This document shows positions 58,129-64,000 of a stretch of 64,000 nucleotides of DNA, one piece after another. Each line of letters opens with the position of its first letter. The stretch's first letter is position 1. The position numbers and the translations under genes are program-made. The stretch spans positions 15,009 to 79,008 of the forward strand of contig PFRS01000001.1 in NCBI GenBank assembly GCA_002788675.1. Direction: 5' to 3'. The notes below the pieces were generated by a model, which was not told where the DNA came from, did no database searches, and saw only the letters and a list, made by a program, of their open reading frames with translations. This stretch comes from Candidatus Pacebacteria bacterium CG_4_9_14_0_2_um_filter_40_15. Lineage in GTDB: Bacteria; Patescibacteriota; Microgenomatia; UBA1400; PJMF01.

Positions 58129-58320
58129 GTCTCATAATAATATATATTGGATATAATTGCAACTAGCAATTTCCTCGAGAGTCTTATAGCAATTTGAGTA
58201 ATTGGCTTTACTCTTGGCTATATAACTCATTTAGACCGACAATATATTATTAAAGACTGATAACATTTTATTAGCAGATGTTAATATTTGTTGATTATAA
58301 TAATTAAACAACGAATTTTG

Positions 58321-58452
58321 AATAAAAAAAGAACACCTCTGTAGTTTTCGACTCAACTTGGTCTCTTCTATCTTGAAAGCTGCTGCTCTCGAGATAAATC
58401 GTTACTTGGGAGCGAAAACAGGATGTCCTCGCAACGCTAATATGTTATGAAT
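58321..58452 (-). ncRNA. Putative structured RNA, copy 2 of an unknown tandem motif (strand tentative)
   Basis: Same conserved blocks with different sequences forming equivalent hairpins; U-tract at 3' end. Confidence 0.5.
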
Positions 58453-58506
58453 ATGTATTTTATACTTTAAAAAAAGAAGCTCAAGCCCCAATTTTCGTCT
58501 TGATAG

Positions 58507-59133
58507 CTATTCAACTAATAAAGCTGTCTCAACAAAGTAGCGGACCTGATTTTCAGGGAACTGCAGCGTTATGAATCTTGAGATAACTTCATCTGGAGAA
58601 ATGCTGTCTGTTAGCCATCTGGTACCGATGTCCTTCAGAGATTCAACCAACTCGTAGGGAAAAATAATCCACTCTGCTACTTGAGCTGAAAAGAAATCTG
58701 GCACGATTTGGGAGCGTTCTTTATAGAAGACCGTAGCTGTGGTGACACTTGCCGCTCCTCTTTCTTTCAGGTACTCAGTTGCAAACAGCAAAGATTCACC
58801 CGTATCTGCCACGTCATCAAACAACAAAATGTGCTCTCCCATGATATTCACGGGAAGATCCTGATAGACAGTCGGCTTTGCTTTGCGTTCATTCACCCCT
58901 TTGTAGAAAGAAAGACCCAAACTTTGCACTTCCGAGACTTCAAGAAAATCAGCCAAAGATCTACTCATTGGCCAGCCTCCCTTAGCAAGGGTTACTACTC
59001 GATCAAACGAGTGATCAGATGCACGAATCTGCTGCGCCATTTCAAACGCAAGTGCGTGCAGTTCTTCCCAGGTGGGAGCAACATACGAAATCGAATCGTT
59101 TTCAAATGTGTGAAGTGTGAGTGATGGATGCAT
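58507..59133 (-). CDS. Type I phosphoribosyltransferase (purine salvage, Gpt/Hpt-like)
   Basis: LAKGG, ILLFDDVADTGESL PRPP loop, WIIFPYE. Confidence 0.88.
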   Translation of the reverse strand: MHPSLTLHTFENDSISYVAPTWEELHALAFEMAQQIRASDHSFDRVVTLAKGGWPMSRSLADFLEVSEVQSLGLSFYKGVNERKAKPTVYQDLPVNIMGEHILLFDDVADTGESLLFATEYLKERGAASVTTATVFYKERSQIVPDFFSAQVAEWIIFPYELVESLKDIGTRWLTDSISPDEVISRFITLQFPENQVRYFVETALLVE

Positions 59134-59145
59134 ACTATCTGTATG

Positions 59146-59982
59146 CTACTTATTTGCGGAAACAAACTCAAGTGCAGATTGAAGATCTTCTGCCAATGGC
59201 GCCTCAAAAGTAACGCGTTTAAGCGTGCGAGGATGGGTCAGCTCAATCTGGGAAGCATGTAAAAATTGTCGAGGACACCAGCCCACATCAACGCGGGCTC
59301 GTTTTTTACCTACATATTTTTCGTCTCCCACCAACGGATGCTGCAAATGGGCCATGTGCACACGAATTTGGTGCGTTCTGCCCGTTTTTGGCCAACAGTG
59401 CACTAAAGAAAAACCTTGGTACATGCTGAGTCTTGGTTTTTTTATTCCAGTAGTTTGGCTGTATGCTGCTTCATTGAAAGTCGGATAGTACTGCTGAACT
59501 TGATACTTGGTAAGTGATGGTCTGCCATCAGAAACAACGGCAAAAAGTTTTCTATCTGAACTCCGCCTACCAATCGGCACATTTACTTCACCTTCAGGCA
59601 TAGCAAACTTGCCATGCGTTAAACAAGTGTAGCGTTTTTGAACGGTGCGTTGGCGGAATTGCGCCAGTAAAGACAAAAGTGCCCCTGGGTGCTTGGCACA
59701 CACAAAGATGCCACTGGTATTTTTATCAAGGCGATGTGCTATTCCGGTGCGAGCTTCAAAAATTGATTCTGGAGTTCCGAATGCATCAGTAAAATCTACA
59801 GGCAAAAGCTGCTGCCAATTGTCTGGATAGTTTTTCTGTGCAACTTCAGGCACATTTTTCTCAATCCAATCTTGAATTGTTTCGGTAACCACCGTTTGGG
59901 CTCGATTAACCACAACTCCAGCGGGCTTATTGAGTATGAGTAAGTCTTGATCTTGGTAGACAATGGTAATTTTAGCTGACAT
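59146..59982 (-). CDS. RluA/RluD-family pseudouridine synthase
   Basis: NKPAG, HRLDKNTSG, TGRTHQIRVH, FLHA. Confidence 0.93.
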   Translation of the reverse strand: MSAKITIVYQDQDLLILNKPAGVVVNRAQTVVTETIQDWIEKNVPEVAQKNYPDNWQQLLPVDFTDAFGTPESIFEARTGIAHRLDKNTSGIFVCAKHPGALLSLLAQFRQRTVQKRYTCLTHGKFAMPEGEVNVPIGRRSSDRKLFAVVSDGRPSLTKYQVQQYYPTFNEAAYSQTTGIKKPRLSMYQGFSLVHCWPKTGRTHQIRVHMAHLQHPLVGDEKYVGKKRARVDVGWCPRQFLHASQIELTHPRTLKRVTFEAPLAEDLQSALEFVSANK

Positions 59983-60397
59983 TTTTTTCCTTCAATACGC
60001 TGAGTCCAAAGAAGAAAAGTACTCCAAATATCAGCCAATCCGCAAGGTTATTTGTAATTGCTGTTCCTGGAACAGGAAGCCAGTCGCGCACTGCGCCATA
60101 CCAGGCACGATCTAAAATATTTGAGAGTCCGGCTCCAAAAAATAGTCCTGATAAGACAGGCTTTTCTTTCCACAGGGGTGCAAAAGCATACCAAAGTGCT
60201 ACTAAAATAAGGAGAGTTCCACCAGTGAGGAGCTCTGAAGGAAACTGAGCCAACGCATTTAATGAAACTCCAGTGTTGTAGTGAGTTACAAATCCAAATA
60301 TATGTGCCCCGTCCTTAGTGAGTTGGTCAAACCCAAAGGTCAACAGTAACGAAATCAAAAGAGTTCTTTCGGGAGTGATCTGTTTCATGATCTGCAC
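59972..60397 (-). CDS. lspA: Lipoprotein signal peptidase II
   Basis: DQLTK, NTGVS, SNILDR, VRD, NLAD. Confidence 0.85.
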   Translation of the reverse strand: MQIMKQITPERTLLISLLLTFGFDQLTKDGAHIFGFVTHYNTGVSLNALAQFPSELLTGGTLLILVALWYAFAPLWKEKPVLSGLFFGAGLSNILDRAWYGAVRDWLPVPGTAITNNLADWLIFGVLFFFGLSVLKEKNVS

Positions 60398-61236
60398 TAT
60401 TTCTCACTACTCTGTTTTAGGCGGCGCACCAGTTTTTTTTGTTTTTTCTTTTCTCGGGTGAAAGGAAGTGGACGTCCAGATCTGTGGTACATTAGCAGTG
60501 TTCCAACAATAAACATGATAAGTGACAAAATTTGGTCAACATTGGTACCCCAAAGCTCAATGATTGCTGGTTTAAAGAAGGACAGTACAAAAAAGAAGAA
60601 GCCACTCGATATCAAACTCACCGACAATAAGAACCCAGTCTGAGCCGATTTTTTACCAGAGCGATACCACTGAAAATTTCGATACTCGAGTTCAACCCAA
60701 GATACATACCTAAACAAAATAATAAAGAAAACTGCTTGATAGAGCTGCACTGGATGCACCGGTTCAAAAAGCCCTGGGAACTGCACTCCCATTGGCAGAC
60801 TGGTTGGATATCCTGCTCCACTGCCATCCAAGAACTGACCCAAATAAATTAAACTGAGCATGAGAGCCACCGCGATCATCCAAAAATCAATAATTTCAAA
60901 ACTGTCCCATTTCTTTTTCTTTGCATATTTATAGATATATACACCCGCGATAAAAATACCGATAATTCCGCTAAAACCAGCGTTTGAGATCATATCAAAC
61001 CACTTAAGCGGAGCAAGTCCAAACTGATTAAAGTTAAACATGATATACCCCACTCGAGCACCAATTGCTCCCAAAAGTGAAGAAACTAAAAACATATCAA
61101 ACACCTGATCTTCAGGGTAATGTTCCTCACGCGATTTTCTCCATAAAACGAACGCCCCAAAGAAAAAAGCTACCAATAAGATCACACTCAGCGTGCGTAA
61201 TGAAAATGAACCAATTGAAAACAGTTCCGGAAACAT
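60397..61236 (-). CDS. lgt: Prolipoprotein diacylglyceryl transferase-like (divergent)
   Basis: IGARVGY, GQFLDG...PT.LPMG..FP...HPVQLY; adjacent to lspA; start ATG 61236. Confidence 0.75.
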   Translation of the reverse strand: MFPELFSIGSFSLRTLSVILLVAFFFGAFVLWRKSREEHYPEDQVFDMFLVSSLLGAIGARVGYIMFNFNQFGLAPLKWFDMISNAGFSGIIGIFIAGVYIYKYAKKKKWDSFEIIDFWMIAVALMLSLIYLGQFLDGSGAGYPTSLPMGVQFPGLFEPVHPVQLYQAVFFIILFRYVSWVELEYRNFQWYRSGKKSAQTGFLLSVSLISSGFFFFVLSFFKPAIIELWGTNVDQILSLIMFIVGTLLMYHRSGRPLPFTREKKKQKKLVRRLKQSSEK

Positions 61237-61314
61237 ACTGGTATTATACCGCACCTTTGCCACCTTTGCGCTAGCCCATACAGAAAGTATCAAAATGCGG
61301 TATACTTAGACGGT

Positions 61315-61773
61315 ATGTTGTCGATACCACACGCGCTCACCGGAGCATTTGTTGCCAGTCAATTTCCTTCACCAGTCTACTACGTGCCTGGTGCTTTTGG
61401 TTTGCATTACCTGCAAGATTGGATTCCGCATTGGGATTTTGGCACCGGACTTTCAACAGGAAAGCGCAAAAAAAGCACTGCTATTTTGCTTGAACTCTGT
61501 GAATTAGTGGTAACTTTTGCCCTGATTTACTTTGTCTTTCAATACGGAAAAACTGAAATCCAATACCACATTTGGGCTGGAGCCCTCATGGGCATTATGC
61601 CTGATTTCATTGAAGCACCGCGTAATTTTCTGAAGTGGGAACCATTCTTTTTAAAACCTTTAAATGAGTTTCATGGGTTATTCCACAACTCCACACATAA
61701 CAAGTTTGTTGGACTGTTACCACAAGTTTTAACGGTTCTCGTCATTCTTTGGCTCGTTTTTAGACCTATCTAA
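61315..61773 (+). CDS. Membrane-bound metal-dependent hydrolase-like protein
   Basis: HALTG, HYLQDWIPHWD, MPD, FH..FH. Confidence 0.6.
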   Translation: MLSIPHALTGAFVASQFPSPVYYVPGAFGLHYLQDWIPHWDFGTGLSTGKRKKSTAILLELCELVVTFALIYFVFQYGKTEIQYHIWAGALMGIMPDFIEAPRNFLKWEPFFLKPLNEFHGLFHNSTHNKFVGLLPQVLTVLVILWLVFRPI

Positions 61774-61822
61774 AAAAACAGCCCCAATGCTGTGATGCCT
61801 GGGGCCTGATACATTTTTTATT

Positions 61823-62500
61823 CTATATTTTGAACGGACCGATGTCTTCTTCAGTCTGCTGGCGTGTAATTGCAGCAACTGCTGATGACCATCCATACCC
61901 GTGGTAGTGGCCTGCTACCGAGGGGCCACTGGCCATTACTGGATTATTTGGGGTGAGATACACCCCTCGTTCTGCTGAAGGATACACTAAGGTGTGTGTT
62001 GCTTGTAGTGCTTCTGCTCGCACCCAAGCTTGGTAGCCAGGGTATATGACAATCATCCCCACCGGGTAGTGGTCTTGCTGAGTTATAGAATATACTTTAG
62101 ATAACTCATGATTCATAGCTGCTAAAAAGCCTCCTTTTGATTCATCTGCCAGGTTCTGGTGCGGTTTCTTTCCGGAGTGCAGGTCTATTAGCAACAAGAT
62201 TGCATCAGAAGCAAAATCTTCATCACTTCTGCGAACGAGAGCAAGCACATCTGAAACAGTACCAAAAGTTTTTGGTTCTGCATCTCGAATAAACGGACGC
62301 AGCCAATTGCGTTTCCAGTCCCACACGACTTCTGGACCATCCTCACGGATATCAATCCAGAGACTGAGCGGATAGTTACCTCCAACAGGACGACCTAACT
62401 GAACTGCCATACCTTTCATGGCACCGTTATGTGCAACTGGCGCCCAACTTTTTAAGGTTGGGTAACCCCAAAAGTTTGTTTTTAAATGAACAATTTGCAT
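61823..62500 (-). CDS. Hypothetical ORFan protein
   Basis: Strong SD AAGGAGGT, own extended -10 promoter and terminator. Confidence 0.7.
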   Translation of the reverse strand: MQIVHLKTNFWGYPTLKSWAPVAHNGAMKGMAVQLGRPVGGNYPLSLWIDIREDGPEVVWDWKRNWLRPFIRDAEPKTFGTVSDVLALVRRSDEDFASDAILLLIDLHSGKKPHQNLADESKGGFLAAMNHELSKVYSITQQDHYPVGMIVIYPGYQAWVRAEALQATHTLVYPSAERGVYLTPNNPVMASGPSVAGHYHGYGWSSAVAAITRQQTEEDIGPFKI

Positions 62501-62641
62501 GGTTTACAACCTCCTTCCCCTTGGGGAATGAATATGGTGAAAAAATAAAAAATGTTAAAAGTCATACCCGCTTGAAAAGGCGTAAAAGTGCCCATCTATC
62601 AAGCAAGTAATTGAAGGCATTATATCATTAGAGAAAAATGC

Positions 62642-62678
62642 AAAAAAATACAACAGATTGTTGCTGTTGTATTTTTTT
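62642..62678 (-). terminator. Terminator after tRNA-Leu
   Basis: AAAAAAATACAACAG-loop-CTGTTGTATTTTTTT. Confidence 0.8.
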
Positions 62679-62679
62679 G

Positions 62680-62763
62680 TGCCGAGAGAGGGAATCGAAC
62701 CCTCACGAGGTTGCCCTCATGGGTTTTTGAGACCCACGCGTCTACCGGTTCCGCCACCTCGGC
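62680..62763 (-). tRNA. tRNA-Leu (CAA)
   Basis: GCCGAGG acceptor, anticodon arm TGGGT-CTCAAAA-ACCCA, long variable arm, TTCGATT T-loop. Confidence 0.97.
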
Positions 62764-62886
62764 GTGTCGATGTATTCATCTATGTTCTGAAACAAGGATG
62801 TATCAGACTGCTATTGTATCAAATTTTTTGGGTTTAGCAGATTGAAAAATCTCTCCTGTCTTTCTGAATGAAAGGTTGTAGACGCA

Positions 62887-62921
62887 AAAGAGCCGATCAC
62901 GGTGGATCGGCTCTTCTTTTT
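62887..62921. terminator. Terminator after lipoprotein gene
   Basis: AAGAGCCGATC-loop-GATCGGCTCTT. Confidence 0.8.
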
Positions 62922-62951
62922 CAAGTTATGTATTTAGTTGTATTTGTTTAA

Positions 62952-63944
62952 CTACGGGGCGTCGTATTGATTGCCCCAGTCATTAAACGGTACGAAAAAA
63001 TTGTGATTCGTCAGACGTTGTCCATCTGCTGAATTCACAAATAGTGCCATAGGACCGCTATAATCAGTCGTAAACTCACGCCGATAACAGCCGTCTACGA
63101 CGGTGTATCCGTCTGACACAGTGATATCTTGATCACTGCTCTCTATTGTCACTTCACCGAAAATCGGATTCGTGACTACAATGTTTAAGTGGCCGCTTCC
63201 GTTACCTTTAATGATAAAGGCATTCGGGTTTTGATCAAACTGACATTGCACCTGATCATCTACTTGTGCCAAATCGGCCTGATCAGCAAGTGCTTGGTCA
63301 TCATTCGACAACGCTCGCGTGTGCCACTCAGTAAAACTGGCGGCCCAAACAGCAGCATCGTCTAGATGAGACTCGGCCCATGCCAATAGTTCAGATTCAG
63401 AACAATTGTTTGCCCGATCAAATCGAACCACAATATACGTGCGGTTCGAATTTGAATACTGCCAGTCGCCACCCTGCCATGCCATAAAATGCATATTAGG
63501 GTCTTGACCAGGAACGAAATAAATAACCATATCATAAAAATTATCAAACGCTGGTAAATAGGACACCGTCGTGAACGGGGTATCTTCTTTTCCAACGTAA
63601 ATCGAATACTCAAAATTTGCACCGCCACAAACTTCTGCATCAGTTACGAACTCAGGCATGCCGGGTTTAACCAGCAATTCTTCATCAGTAACTTCCACTT
63701 CTGGTTCAGAAGTTACGGTTGGCACTGGCGTTTGTGCCGCGGGTGCTTGAGTGACCCCAATCGTGGGGACCGCTGTGCTTGTTGCCAGAACAGTTTGAGC
63801 AGCAGGTGTAACAGCCGGCGTAGGCGCTTCTTGAAATTCTCCAGAAGTCGCAGTCTGATGCACTATGTCTGACGTAGTTTGGCTGCAAGCAGCCATTACG
63901 AATACAACAATTACCAATAGAAAAAACATTTTCCAATTTTTCAT
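62952..63944 (-). CDS. Lipoprotein with Pro/Thr-rich linker, unknown function
   Basis: Lipobox MAAC after hydrophobic signal; PTPAVTPA linker; SD GAGGT. Confidence 0.8.
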   Translation of the reverse strand: MKNWKMFFLLVIVVFVMAACSQTTSDIVHQTATSGEFQEAPTPAVTPAAQTVLATSTAVPTIGVTQAPAAQTPVPTVTSEPEVEVTDEELLVKPGMPEFVTDAEVCGGANFEYSIYVGKEDTPFTTVSYLPAFDNFYDMVIYFVPGQDPNMHFMAWQGGDWQYSNSNRTYIVVRFDRANNCSESELLAWAESHLDDAAVWAASFTEWHTRALSNDDQALADQADLAQVDDQVQCQFDQNPNAFIIKGNGSGHLNIVVTNPIFGEVTIESSDQDITVSDGYTVVDGCYRREFTTDYSGPMALFVNSADGQRLTNHNFFVPFNDWGNQYDAP

Positions 63945-64000
63945 TTCAACAGTACCTCAAATGTGATATGAGGCGCACTCTTCTAAAGTTTCTTTGAATG

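Noticed and set aside
57976-58452. CRISPR array or type III TA repeat reading of the duplicated 16-mer
   Set aside because: Only two copies, 340 bp apart; no cas or recognisable toxin gene nearby
62850-62921. c-di-GMP-I riboswitch suggested by GACGCAAAAG plus hairpin
   Set aside because: No GGCAAA/P2 element; the hairpin is a terminator
338-63936. Numerous 60-190-aa antisense or alternate-frame ORFs, and intergenic ORFs such as 30445-30723, 39328-39645, 40094-40318, 50452-50661, 57922-58137
   Set aside because: They shadow well-supported genes or overlie regulatory DNA, with no motifs or ribosome-binding signals

Overview
A 64-kb chromosomal segment from a reduced-genome Patescibacteria (CPR) bacterium, most likely Microgenomates. 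This is inferred from a short EF-Ts, truncated HolB and YebC, an ACP without its serine, a large type IV pilus locus and the rpmF-nusB-acp-rnc-rpsP-khpA order; standard code 11. Gene content: the 3' part of a giant secreted trypsin/crystallin/LamG/DUF2341 protein; chorismate mutase, tyrS and recG; a type IV pilus cluster (pilB, pilT, pilC, pilD, pilM/N/O and 7 pilin-like genes) interrupted by an AT-rich three-gene island; gyrB-ppaC-gyrA; a Xer recombinase; tgt/queA, tsf/rpsB, folD, nfo, glyA, rluD, lspA, lgt; tRNA-Ala(GGC) and tRNA-Leu(CAA); and several ORFan lipoprotein or membrane genes. The most notable unexplained signals are mostly non-coding: (1) two tandem copies of an unknown structured RNA-like motif upstream of an HD-domain gene; (2) a recurrent promoter-(hairpin)-boxA leader on stand-alone ORFan genes, while many core genes look leaderless; (3) a Tyr-codon leader-peptide attenuator before chorismate mutase; (4) a dif-like site plus half-sites beside the xer gene; (5) an NDT-RHH / nucleoside-phosphorylase island; (6) a SAM-like plus EAD protein behind a long, alternatively folding leader. 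All calls come from reading the sequence by eye; no searches were run.
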